The notes below the pieces were generated by a model that was not told where the DNA came from, ran no database searches, and saw nothing but the letters and a program-made list of their open reading frames with translations. DNA of 61,867 bases, the filler included, from Choristocarpus tenellus KU-1152 (Eukaryota > Protista > Phaeophyceae), in the NCBI GenBank assembly GCA_964200185.2. It is 9 parts of 9 records of this genome, joined end to end, with 100 filler letters (N's around TTAATTAATTAA, not from the genome) between each part and the next. Parts side by side here need not be neighbours in the genome. Positions count along the whole stretch, not along the records: positions 1 to 10,973 come from CAXNAD020002596.1; positions 11,074 to 18,505 come from CAXNAD020006175.1; 7 more parts are not named here. The stretch is one strand, 5' to 3'. Position numbers and translations under genes: made by a program. Shown here piece after piece: positions 1-12,189 of this stretch (positions are counted from its first letter, which is position 1; every line of letters begins with the position of its first letter).

Positions 1-441
1 GCAAGGCAAACTGAGAACGTTCACTGGAAAGTGGTAGGGTAGTGCGGGGGGGGGGGGGAGTGACTCTTGAAATAACTAGGGAGGTTGCTGAGCCATTATT
101 GGCTGTTTTATATGATTTTGGTTCAATGTTTTCGAACATTTTTTTGTTTGAAAAGTTGAGACCCTCTTTTACAACTATTGTTCGTACTTCAACCTGTTTG
201 GCTCTGATGCAAAAAGATAGTGCCGGGAGAGGGGTGTGTTGAGGATTTAAACCCCGGTAACCAACCAGCACTTACTCTGTGAGAACAGTGTGATGTTTTT
301 GTGCTCCCTTTTGTATTGTATCAGCAACAAGATGTTTTGCATGTTACGTGCCTTGGAGCGTAGGCGTTAGTGTTTCTTTATCTACATCTACACCCTTCAG
401 TGTCCTTGGACTAATCCTTGGTCCACGACCCTTCTCCACAG

Positions 442-3175
442 GACCACTCAGATGTGGTCTTCCAGCCCATGTACTACTTCATGGGGCACCTCTCCAAGTT
501 TGCTCGGGAGGGTGCGAAACGCCTGGCTTCTAGGGTGGTGGGCAACTACGAACTGCTTGGACTGAGGCCCACATCTGCAATGCCAGGTGATTGTTGAGAT
601 CAGGAAGTTTGCATGCGCCGGTTTTCATAATCCATTCTGACGTTGTTGTGATCTTGCTGGTTCGGTCCATGGTTTGTCGGAATTTGAGGATTTGATATGT
701 TTGGATACCCCAAGTTCTTCTGCGTAGAAGTTTGCGTTTTGTCAGTGTCCACTAGGGGATCGAGTTTCTCTTGGAAATTGTTCTACCATTCACGATCTGT
801 GATTAAGCTTTTCATCCTCCTATTTGGTAGGTAAGGACAAATCCGTGCAGCCTTTTGACTCTTTCGACTTAACAAATACCGTTCCTCCCTCTCTCTCCAA
901 CACGTACGCACTTGTGCTCTTGACTGTGTTTTCCCCACTCCTCTCAGGATATGAGGCAACTACGTACGGGTGTGAAGGTAGCGTCCGTCAGAGCTGGGAA
1001 ATGTCAGCAGATGGGAAGCTGGTCCTGGCTGACGTGTTTGGGTCTGTCTATGATACGTACTTGCCACTGTGCCTCTCTCGCTCCATCAATGTGGGTTCAA
1101 CATGAATTAGTGACGCCCATAGACCCGCCTATGGTATAACATTTTATGTATGGCCAGTCACATCAAAGAAAGTCATTCACACCCATTCACTCTAGACACC
1201 AGATAACTGAATACCTCATAGTACTAAATGAACTGAAGATCAACCAGAATATCATGAGAAGTACTACTACTGTACTACTTGGTAGCTTTTCTACCACCAG
1301 TATTTTATGGGTGGGTTTTCGATATGGATGTTATTTTTACTCACCAAAGGGGCCCTTACGAAGCTCTTGGGCTAGTATCGACTCTGGTCCTTGTGCATCG
1401 CTAGCTTCGCCTGTATGCTCATACATGCTTGTTATGAAATACATTATTTTTTTTACTATAAATTGAAAAAAGAACAGCAGCCAGCGCCGTTTCCTCTACA
1501 CACCCTTAAGAGAGGATAACCATTGAGCACAGACTATTGATGTGGACCAGATGAATGCAACGTGTACTGGACGTTGTCTGGGCATGACTGTGAAAAGTTA
1601 GATCAATCAGTGACCATGGTGGGATACGTGAAGAGAGTGTTAGGCAGTCCAGCCAGCAGACATGGATTAGAACGATACCTAGTGGTCATGGTCCAGGGAT
1701 GTCAGAAAATTGCGGGACTGGTCTGGCCCACAGACGGGACCATTTCCATTTGCCAGTGGAGTGATTGGGTCTGGGGGGGGGAGTTATCATTTTGTGCAAT
1801 AGGGATGTTGTGTAGTCGTTTTTACCCAAAGAAGTATTGAGGAAATGGGGGATGTGAAAGGCATACAGGAAATCCCCTCCCCCTTTGTTTGAAGTTGCAT
1901 GTTCAAGGTGGTGTTGAAGACTATTCACCTCTCTGATAAGAAATTCGTACCGTTCATTCTCCTACTGAGTGTGTGAGGACAGCCCTTTTACTCACAGGGT
2001 AGTGTTCAAGTAAATTTAACCCAGGAGTATTGATCAAGATTTGAAGTGTGTTGTGTCACAAAGGGTGTTGATAAACATGTTTTGCTCATCTCCGAGGTGG
2101 CGTCTTGTACAACCTACCCTCACTGCCACTACTACTATCAACCTTAGCTTCATGCAATATCTGGAGAACGCCTAAGAAATGGTGCATTAACCACCGTAGT
2201 GGATCAGGAAATATCGCACTGAACTAATTCTACTTGAGAAACACATATGATTTAAGCGTATTTGCTGGGGTGACAGAAGGACACAGGATATAGTAGGTCA
2301 CAGTACAACAAACTGATAGGATGAATACCTTCAGAAAGTGTAGGGCATGAAGATTCGTTTCATTTGTCTTGGGTTGAACCTTAGGATATGGACATTCCTA
2401 CAAGATTTTCTGTTCTACGCTATTGCACTAGACACAACTTGATGCCATGACCAGCCCCCATTCTCACACAAGACTCCTAGGGTACCTAAACTCTACTTTG
2501 CACACACTATCCCTCTCTCTCTCTCTCTCTCTCTCTTCTGCCCCTCCATTACTGCAGGAATACAGCTTAGCTGTGACTCTGGTACCATGTTCTTTCGACG
2601 AGGCCGGTTCCTTCTTGTACAATGAGTCTACTGGCCAGCTTGTCCTGGATACTAATGCATCCTTCCCACCAGCACATCCCCCCACTGAAGAACCTGAGGA
2701 AGGTGGAGATGAGTATGGAATTGGCCCAGCGATATACCCCACCCCAACCCCATCATTTAGTACGGAAACACCCACATCAGCGCCAACAACAACAGTGGGT
2801 GTTACAACTGGTGAGGAGAGTCTCTGCCTGGGCATATATCAGGGTTCTCCTGTGGATGGGGCAGTGCTGACTCTGGAGACCTGTAGCGCATCAGGAGAGG
2901 GGGGACAGTCTTGGGAGCTTCCACCGTGGGGCGAGGGCCCTGGTGAGGTTGTATCTTCATCAACAGGAAGATGCCTGACTGGAGGTTGGCCTTTCTTCAC
3001 AGGCATTGCATTCAAGATGGCTAAGTCCTCGCGCCATAGGTACAAACATGATTACGCAGTGGTGGTGCTTAATGAGGCCGAAGAGGAGGTAAAATTCACG
3101 TTGTCCTTCCCTGAGGAGGAGATGGCGGTTGATGCCATCTCCCCAGCCCGCTCCATCCAGACCTACCTCATCTGA
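442..3175 (+). CDS. Glycoside hydrolase family 30 (glucosylceramidase-like), 3' exons, with ricin-B-like repeats; 5' part lies outside the window
   Basis: Exons 442-586, 948-1090 and 2558-3175 join in frame with GT-AG sites. They encode the GH30 signature QPMYYFMGHLSKF, ricin-like QxW/CL motifs (CEGSVRQSW, LTLETC..QSW, GRCLT), and the GH30 C-terminal motifs AF..YAVVVLN and SPARSIQTYLI*. Confidence 0.85.
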
Positions 3176-6100
3176 GCAGTTCAAGTTAAAGTGTCCTAGG
3201 ATTGATGAGAGAGTTAATGGATAACCTCTCGTCATCCTCTTTTGTACATTACACATAGTGGTTTTGTCCTTGTCAATGTTCAAAAGGAGGAGAGTCTGGT
3301 ACAGACGCCTCCTCCTGGGGTAGGATGAAGCTCTTGTGAGGAACCTCTATGTCTTAGATAGTCCAAGCATATACTATAGAAGGCAAACCCCAAGGAAAAA
3401 TATTGATGGATAAGTTCGTTTGTCACAACATTGCATACTTGTCTGTGTTAAGTTTGTGTTTTTTGTGACAGCAACAAAAAAAGATAGATTCTTTGGTGTC
3501 AATGTTCGGCAGACCCTGCTGCTGTAGTGTGCCTCGCCTCCCTCATTGGTGTGCATTTTTTTGTACCATTTTTGTTTCATTTTATATTTTCCTCTTTTCT
3601 TTTTCATCATTTCAGGATCCTTTGATACTGTCTTTTCCTTGCTTGAGGGGGTTAAGAAAATTTGAGCAGGTACTTCCCCGATTTTTTTTTCAGTTATTGC
3701 AAGTGTGCCTGGACTCATTTTAAGTATCCAAGCCTACCATACTTCTCCAGGATGGTTTTGAACAAGGATACCCCCATTTCAGTTGATTCAAACTGGTTTT
3801 AGATGGCTTGGCAAAGGTCTATAATAGGTGCAGGATGGCCTCGTGAATGCAAGTTAGAACGATTTTTGTTTTTGTTTTTTTCAACTCTGCTGCTTCAAGT
3901 TTGTTCTTGGGATTGATGTGTGCTGCATGTGGTTGACAAGTCGACCATAGTTTTTCCAAACAACGATGAGGTTCGTTCAACAGATGAACAACACAGGGCG
4001 GAGTTTGAACATAGCAATAGTCAGAAGGGATAATAGATAGGTTGTATATTGATTGCTTGTCTAGACCATGGTGTACAGGAAGATTCCCTCACGTGCTCCC
4101 TCCATCACGAGAAAGTACAACCGCAACATGTCCGGAATATATTTTGTACCCATGCTACCTTCGTCGATTTTGAGATCGTACCATTGGTTGATCTATTGTT
4201 GTTGTATGCTCACACTCCTCTTGACATGAGAGGGACAGCTGTGGCATGCAGCAGTGATTCATAGTTTGGTGTGGTGAGTATTAGCACTGGAATCAACCAG
4301 TTAATACCTCCGGCCCTCCTCCACTTGGTTGAAGGGTGCAATAATAGTAAAAAAAGAATAGTTCATTCGCAGTCTGTGGAGACTTTATCTATACCTGCTT
4401 CCATTTTTTAAGTGCAGTGTTTTGCTGATGATCAAGACATATATCATGGTTGCTGGAAAAATGAATGTTATGGTGTGTGCAGTTTGTTGTAAAAGTAGGA
4501 GCTGTAGGCTGGCAGGAGATGCACAAACACACGGCTGTTGGAGGTACTCGTGCTAAGAAGAGAGTACCGAGACTCGCTTTTCTTATCTGGGAATCTCCAA
4601 TAGCAGGTGATAGGTTAACTCCTTGAAGTGCATGATCATCAAAAAAACAATAGTAGTATACTCACTTGTACCAATACGTTTTTGAAGCAACTCAATTAGT
4701 CACAGCTGGATCTCATAAACACGCCTATGCTATTGGAGCAACAGGGACTCCTGTTTAAAGAGAAGGAGTACAAATATTCACTTCTTACTGATTCTTAGCC
4801 CAGAAGAGGTCATAGGGAAGGAGCCTCTCGAGTGTCTTCACGAGAAAACGTACCACTGTGAAGTATATTATACATGCGCAAGATAATTTTTGTTGTGTTG
4901 GTTCATGACAACAAAGGAATCGGCATCACTCCGGTCTCTCCTCTAGTGTACGTACGTATTCGATTGTATGAGATGAGGCATAGATCAGATCGGCTCTTCA
5001 CACAATAGATTGGAAAAAGGAGGGAGGGGAGAACAGCTCCTAGTTTAACTTTGATTAGGTACAAATAGAGTCGTTATAAGAAGATTATCCAGGAACAGGG
5101 GCCAAAAACTTCGTATTGTAATAAATGCCAAAACGACTATTCCTCGCACCTGACCTACCTCTCTCTACCTATGTATAGAATATAGTGATAAATCGATGGT
5201 AAGAGGGTGAAGGATGAGTGTATACACACCACAAACACTGTCCCCTTATAACCATAAATATATATCCTTATTCTCTCTACCTCCCTACAATGGCAAAAGT
5301 GGTGAGGTGAGAGTGACACAGCCTACAACGAATAAGGCATGCTAATGAATGGAAACCCTTGCACATAATAAGCCGCCAATTATATCGATGATCTACTGCA
5401 GCAGTATTGCCATTCACTGCATTATGATATATTCTTCGAAGTACTAGTTCTATACGCATAATACTATCAGCACTACTATCATGGATATTTCTTGTACTCA
5501 AAGTAATTATTGTGACCTGAACGTACACCTAGGTGGTGATTGTTCACATTGTATAGTGTGTATGTGTGTGTGTGTGGTTGATTGGTTGGTATTGGGGTTG
5601 GATTAACTAACGAAGGAAACCGAACGATGACTGACTGTAAGGGTTTGTTCCATTTGACCGAAGCTATCCAAATAGACCAATGTCTCTCACGATACTTCAG
5701 GGTTTGGCCAAGTGTATTGCATGTATATTACTATGGGAATCTGATTGGTACCAGATTCCTTTGGGTACTGTGTGATTCTTTTGTTATTGTAACTCCCAGT
5801 TCTCAATTATCGTGTATGGCTTGCTCTCTGCTGTTACTGGTTTTGTGAAGTACCACAGTTCAATCGTCTCCAGTTCAACTAAACGGTATTAACCGAAACA
5901 CAGAACTGAAAAAAATGTTCTTTGGGGGGGGTTATCTCAACAAAACAAGGAGAAGTGTGGCTGGACGCATCAAATGAAAGTGTCAGACGTTAGGGAACCA
6001 CATACATATTCGTCACAAGGTTTCACTGCCCACAAAACTCGCTAAAGTGTGATGACTTTGGGTCTGCGTCCTGAGACCTGTGGAAGTTTTTGGAGCTTTT

Positions 6101-6619
6101 TGCCACTCAGCAACCTGCGCACTTTTCGTGTTTTGACATTTCAATGAAGGTTAATATTTTCTAATTTAAGAGGTAAGATAAATTCTCTCAGTTCACAACA
6201 CTTAACTATTTTGATTTTTTGTTATTTTACAAGTTACTCTTAGGGGTCCCGAACTCATGGTTGGAAGTTGGAAGGTAGTCGGATACAGTCGTTGGTTTCA
6301 AATGTATTTTGGAGTAGTTTGATCTTTAATATGATACTGGCTTGCTGATATTGATACATGATACATGATACATGATACATGAAAAAAAAGAGGGGGGGGG
6401 GGAAGGGGGGGGCAAATTGACAGGTTTTTCGGTCCTTCAAACTTCTGACTTTTTTTCGGTTCTGGTGGAACTATAGTACCTAAGAACGTCTGGACGGAAT
6501 GAACGGGGGGCTTTACGGTTCTTTCTTGTGGGTGTAACTGACGAAAATCACAACAGTTAGGATATGAAATCAGTCGGTCACAAATCAGTTGTAATGTAGA
6601 TGTCACATTGGTCATTTGA

Positions 6620-7464
6620 CTGGGTGGAGTTCATAGTGACTATGTGCGCTTGAGAGGTTTGGAAACGTATTCATCGCATTACTACTTCTGTAGGGCAATT
6701 CTTCCGCATTACAGCTCTGTTTATCATCATGACAGATGAGGGTCCGACAAGTGCCCTGGACCATGCACTTGACTACGCAAGCAAAAGTGAAAGCAGCAGA
6801 AGATATTGACATAGAAGAAGGCAATCCCGGGGACAACGAAGAAGTCAACGGTGAAATTGAGGTAATAGCTGTGGAAATTTCCTCCGACAACAAAGGAAGG
6901 TCATGAATTTCGGAACTTCTTTCATACGTGTTCACAGGCGTTTCAAGCTGAGAGCTAAATGCCTTGTGGAGAAATGTGGTCTGAAGGGGGGAGAGACCCC
7001 TCACTTGATGATGAGAGTAACCACCAGTTCACATGACTACGCTGCTCAAGAAGGCGATCGAGATCTTTCTTCAACAGCAGGGTGATGGGGTGCCCTCCTT
7101 CTTTAGAGATAGCGATGGGGGGGGTCCTGACAAGAGGGCATGATTGGAGATCGCCAAAGAGGATAGACTGCAAGGCCAGCGGGAGGTATCCTGTCATATG
7201 CAACCTGTGAATGCAAATGTTTTTGAGGAGCTTGGGGGTCTCCTCAAATGGGGGAAGGCAAAGGAGGAAGTTTTTGGAGAGTTGAGTAAGTTGCAGTATG
7301 GAAGTATTTGCCTGCACAAGCCACTTATTTCAGATGGATCTCATCACAAATTCTCATCTGCTGGTACGACAGTCACCACCAAGAGCAACCGTCACTTCGG
7401 GAATGCAGTTGATGACACTGCAGTGCTGTGTTCTTGTGGGGAGGACTTTGGTGCCCAATTGTGA
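6620..7464 (+). mobile_element. Degenerate hAT transposase, C-terminal dimerisation region
   Basis: ORF 7144-7464 reads LLKWGKAKEEVFGELSKL...FSSAGTTVTTKSNR...VDDTAVL, matching the hAT dimerisation pattern (WW..FP.L..ER.FS.AG...T..RNRL). Upstream sequence has stops and frameshifts; the left boundary is approximate. Confidence 0.6.
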
Positions 7465-7805
7465 AAGGTGTAGTTAACAGGAAATCATAGTGATGGTATG
7501 GACACACGCAGCAACCTGTGTAGTACTATAGCTACCTCTTCTGGTTGGAGGTCCTCTATCTACATGGGGTTTGGGTAGAGTGGTAAATGGTGTGTTGTCT
7601 TCTCTTTGCTAGCTTACGTGCACTACTGGCTGTAGGCCCCAGGTGAGAATCCAAACTTGAGCATATATGTTGTATAAGAAACTCTGAAATAATACAAATA
7701 ATACACCATTTTCATCACAATTTGCCCACCTCTTGCATACACCTGACAAGTAATGGAAGATTGTTCCTTGCATTGTATGAAAGGTATACTGTGTCTTGTG
7801 GCGAA

Positions 7806-7987
7806 GACCCAAAGTACCTGGGGGGAGGGGGGGGGTCTACACCAGGGTGTCCACTTGGGGCATAACCAGGAAACGTGCACTTACATTATCCATCCGATGC
7901 ATGCCACCAAATCGCGCAATAATTATGAGATAAAAAAATTGACCCCAAAATGGACAGCCACCGCCCCCCCCCCAGATATTTTGAACC
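7806..7987 (-). mobile_element. MITE family A copy (~180 bp)
   Basis: Ends GACCCAAAGTACCTGGGGG and CCCCAGATATTTTGAACC; reverse complement of the copies at 18302 and 25611; flanked by GAA/GAA. Confidence 0.85.
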
Positions 7988-8569
7988 GAACCGAGATGAG
8001 AGAGGGTGAAAATCTGTCATTTTTTACTTCAAGTATATAACCAATATCAATATTATACAAAAGTTCAATTATTTTGCACATGATATTGTTGATATTTGGT
8101 GTTTGAATATCAAGTATCGAGAAACTTTCCACCTTGTTAATACCTTGTTAATACCTTGTTGATATGATGTACGTACGGAGAATACTTCAAAACATATATA
8201 TTTGGCTTTGACACCCATTACTGTCAGAAGGTAATACACCGAACTGGTGACACCCGTTAAAATGTACAGATAATATTCAAGAAAAAAAATAAGCACTCAA
8301 GAATTAGAAAGAGGAAATAAAATAAGATAAATTTGAAGAACTCAGACAATTTACAAGAGTAAATTGGAGAACTGAGGTAGGCGTAGTGTGCTAAGAACCA
8401 AAACGGTAAAACTTGAGTCATATTAGGTCCATCCAACTCGAAAAAAGAAAGCAAAACTCATCACATGTTCCACAATAAGAAAGAACAGAAAGGGGGACAC
8501 GAAAAACAATCAGTTCCCAAAAAGAGGATATTGAGAAAGCAGCCTTCACCAGACAGAGACGGTGGTTGT

Positions 8570-9080
8570 AAGTGTCCATAGATTTGCTCTGGTCTGCTTG
8601 GGCTACTTTAGCTGCCGTTTTTTGTATCGAAGATCATCAGCTATAATAGTTTCCTTTGGAAGCCACTCTGACATAGAGTTTGTGATGCTGTCAAGCATAC
8701 ACTCGTGCCATTCGTGCCATCTGTGTTGGTCGATTGTCTGTGTGCTCCATCCTTCAGCCATGATCACAAATAACCTTTCAGTCAGGGTCGTTTTGCAGGC
8801 ACATCCATTGTTTCTCTTCCTGTCTACCTTGCTTTCGATTATCTGTCTTTAAGCTCCCCAAACACCAATACCTTCCTTTGGAAATTGCCCATCCCCCATC
8901 TGTGCAACTGTCCCTATGAACAGGAGGAGTGGAGTCTCCATTTTCGCACAGTCACCTCAACACTGTCACGCTCAATCTTCACAAGGGCATCTCTCAATAA
9001 ATAGGACAGGGTGATGATGACAACAAGACCCTCGAAGATGGTCAGCTTACCACCTTTGAACAACAGGCTCGAGGCTCCTC
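8570..9080 (-). mobile_element. Degenerate RTE-type LINE, 3' end
   Basis: Minus-strand remnants RKWRL..FIGTVAQMGDGQFPK..VFGEL, GRQEEKQWMCLQND and EGWSTQTIDQHRWHEW resemble the C-terminus of the LINE at 48790-49730. Confidence 0.5.
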
Positions 9081-10234
9081 AGACTAACAACGGTGTGGAA
9101 AATAATAGTGGAATATACTTGCTCAGGAGTATTGAAGTAGTAACTTACCTATCATTAGATGCGAAGTGGTGGATATTTAATATTTGTAACCATTTTCGCA
9201 CACAAGCGCCCCTTCCCTTCCATCTACTAAAAGGATGGTTGACCCAGAACGATCATAATTTGATTTTAGTGATGGTGGCGTCTGGTAGGGCCCTGCCCTG
9301 TAACGCTTTCATGGTATTTGACTACGTTATAGTTCCCTGTTAGCCACTTTGAACGCCAGAGCTACACATTGACCCTACCGTAGTTACAAATGTACAGAAA
9401 CATTGTGTGTATTTACATTTTGCTAGTCAATGATATTTGCTTTTGTAGAACAAGTCAGACATAGATCCAACCCGACCCAGTTCACCCCTGCTATATACCC
9501 AAGTACTGCCGCTCCCTGCCTCTTTCCTCCTAGTATGATACTGTTGGAGTACTCTAGCTATGTCATTTTTTTAGTATTATTAGTATTACTTGCCGTACAT
9601 TCATTTTTAGCCTAAGATGATCCCAACCCACGATCAGAGGCACTACAAACTACACTACTTCTCATGCTAACTACTAACTGTTTCATTAGAACTAATTGTT
9701 CTGACTGCGTCCGTTTCTGCCTTGCTATTAGCTAGTTGGGTTCAATTCAGCACTCCCACCTCCAACCCTTCCTCCGCCTCCTCCTGCAAATCTTCTGCTC
9801 GACCCATCCTGAGGTTTTTACCTCTTGTCAGGAGTTTTTTTGTGGTATAGCACACATAATACGGATGTGCAATCTGTTGTGATTTTCATGTGGAATAGCA
9901 CCTTCGAAACTAGATTTTCATGAAAAGAAGTTTGTATCGAATGGGCTCTAACCCTCAAATTCACGCAAGGTGGTTGCCACGTTAAAACCACTGACCGCAA
10001 CCGCGTCCATATAGGTGATGGTAGAGTTTCTCCCTCGTTTTCCTCCAAGCAGAGCCCACACGGCGCGTTTCCTCCTGGTCTGTTGTTGCTGGGACCACTG
10101 TTACTATTCGTGACCGATCTTCTCCTTGATTGACGCAAATATATACATATTATTATATATTACGATTCTATTATTAAAAAATACAATGAAGGTACCATTT
10201 CAAGGTACGCTTGAGAGTGGGAACAACAACACGT

Positions 10235-10973
10235 TATTTTATTATTATTTACACATTGCAGATTTATCAGGAGAAAAAACAATGAAAAGTCAATTCAATA
10301 TCACAAGAAGGACCCATGTAAAATTAACAGTTGTTGTAAGTGTGAAAGACCTTCATCCATTTACTATTTTATTGACTGCTATGATGTACCACTGCCTTCC
10401 TGTGACTCTAACCTAGCTTAGCCCTGCACCCCAGGGTCCAAAGTTTATTGACTGACATCCTTATGCGTTATCGAAAGTCCACGTTGAAGCATGTATGTGT
10501 AACCATTTCAGTCAAGTTTTTTCTTGTTCCTGTGAAGGGTTAAAATACAAAAAATAAACGGATTTGTGGTCCACATGTTAATATTATTATTATGCCCTCT
10601 AACATTTTACAGATGTATCACGGAAAAATCAACAAAAACTATTCACATGTCAGAATAAAGACTAAAAAAGCAATACTTGTCATAAATGTGAAAAAAACAT
10701 TGATCTATTCACTATTTTACTACCAGTTATGCTACACCGTCCCCTTCCTCTGCCTCTAACCTAGCTTAGTCCTGTAGTCCAGGGTGAGGGGCTAGGGAGT
10801 TACCTCACGAATCTAAAAATACTCTTCTTGCCCATCTCCCTGGTGTTCATGTAATTGTTATGTAATCCCAACTGAAAGTAGGTTTACTACATAATAATTA
10901 TCCCGTTATTAGCCCTAAAGAAATAAAATATCCTAAACATAAGAACACTATAAAACATTGTAAGTGTGGAAAC
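10235..10973 (-). mobile_element. Cluster of degenerate 3'-end remnants of the CRE-like retrotransposon
   Basis: Segments ~10235-10440, ~10583-10850 and ~10910-10973 each align by eye with 47149-47400 or 50731-51024 (TTATTATGCCCTC..ACATTTT, GTCATAAATGTGAAA, CTCTAACCTAGCTTAG, GCCCATCTCCCTGGTG). Confidence 0.65.
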
Positions 10974-11073
10974 NNNNNNNNNNNNNNNNNNNNNNNNNNN
11001 NNNNNNNNNNNNNNNNNTTAATTAATTAANNNNNNNNNNNNNNNNNNNNNNNNNNNNNNNNNNNNNNNNNNNN
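10974..11073. other. Artificial contig linker; identical copies at 18506-18605, 25075-25174, 38770-38869, 48200-48299, 51025-51124, 54639-54738 and 59265-59364
   Basis: Each is exactly 44 N + TTAATTAATTAA + 44 N, a palindrome with stops in all six frames. Confidence 0.97.
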
Positions 11074-11296
11074 CTGCCTGCCTGCCTTATTATTCCACCT
11101 TGGTCCTTTTTTTTTTTACAACAGAAACGAACAATGGGGAACTTCCGTACTAAACCCTAACCCTATTTCCTTTTTTTTCAGTATTGTTTCTATGGGGGTG
11201 GCAGCCAGTGCACTGGCAACAGTGTAAGGCGTTTTTGTCTTGGGTTTGCTGTGGAAAATGAGGGTGAACAAATGCACCGGGGTGAGTAAAAGGGGA

Positions 11297-11322
11297 TTAG
11301 GGTTAGGGTTAGGGTTAGGGTT
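11297..11322 (+). repeat. Interstitial (TTAGGG)4 telomere-type repeat
   Basis: ttagggttagggttagggttagggtt; a complementary CCCTAA tract lies at 11153-11165. Confidence 0.8.
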
Positions 11323-12044
11323 GGTGCGTACGAAGCGATCGATTTTTTTTTATTTGCTGTAAATCCTCGCCACCTGACCTTCGAGAACAATTTTTTTTGT
11401 CCAAAAAAAAAAAAAGTTACGGTACAATTAGCCTTACCTCATGGACCAACATACTCTGTACTTGCTATTGCTGTGTAACATTTACTTTTCTCTTGTCAAT
11501 TATTCTCTTATGTAAAAAGTTACTATAGATGTAATAGGTTCCTTTGTTAGCGTGTTTGTTTCTAGAAAATACCGTTAAGATCGAGGCGGAGTCAGCAAAG
11601 CAGTTAGTTAGTTAGTTAGTTGACTACTCTTTTCTTTAAAAAAAAAAAATGCTTATTTTATTATTATTTTCAGTTACGCACCCCATTTTTTTTTTTCGTC
11701 AAAAATAGCATACAGTTATTAGATACGCGTAAGAAAGTTCTATATTCTCTTATTAATTATCACAGTTTGTTATATAGGAAAAAAAATAAAGTAACCGTTA
11801 TAATATGTTTTCTTTACTGCCCGTGTGCACCACTTGACTGTGACTGCCCTCTCACCTCACCCACACGATATATGACAGATGTTGCGCTGGTTAGAGCGGA
11901 ATGAGGTTGAACTGGCTCTCTCTTGATCTCTCTCTTGATCTCTCTCTCGGTCACCTTTTATTGTATGCGTTGTCACTCTACAGAGCGAGACAGTTGTAGT
12001 ACGACCATCTTTCGATGACTTTTGATGAGGACAGATCAACGTGT

Positions 12045-12189
12045 AGGTGTAGGTAGGTAGGTAGGTAGGTAGGTAGGTAGGTAGATAGATAGATGGATAC
12101 ATTGAACACAACCATTTTTACTTAAAACTTTTTTGGGATGATCGGTTTCGTTTCGGGTTGTGGAGAGAGAGAGAGAGAGAGAGAGAGAG
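12045..12189. repeat. Microsatellites (GTAG)n/(GATA)n at 12045-12095 and (GA)n at 12163-12189
   Basis: Read directly. Other simple repeats: (CT)n 2512-2535, (GATACAT)4 6353-6381, (GA)n 26155-26190. Confidence 0.9.

Noticed and set aside
1500-2400. Possible Copia RT/RNase H relic inside the GH30 intron
   Set aside because: Only faint motif echoes (MVGYV, LRKWGM); too degraded to support.
3900-4900. Possible LTR-retrotransposon integrase relic (LHVVDKST)
   Set aside because: A single short motif with no supporting frame.
11018-11029. TTAATTAATTAA palindromes as biological sites
   Set aside because: Always centred in exactly 88 Ns; an artificial linker.
11297-11322. True chromosome end
   Set aside because: Only four units, with unique sequence on both sides.
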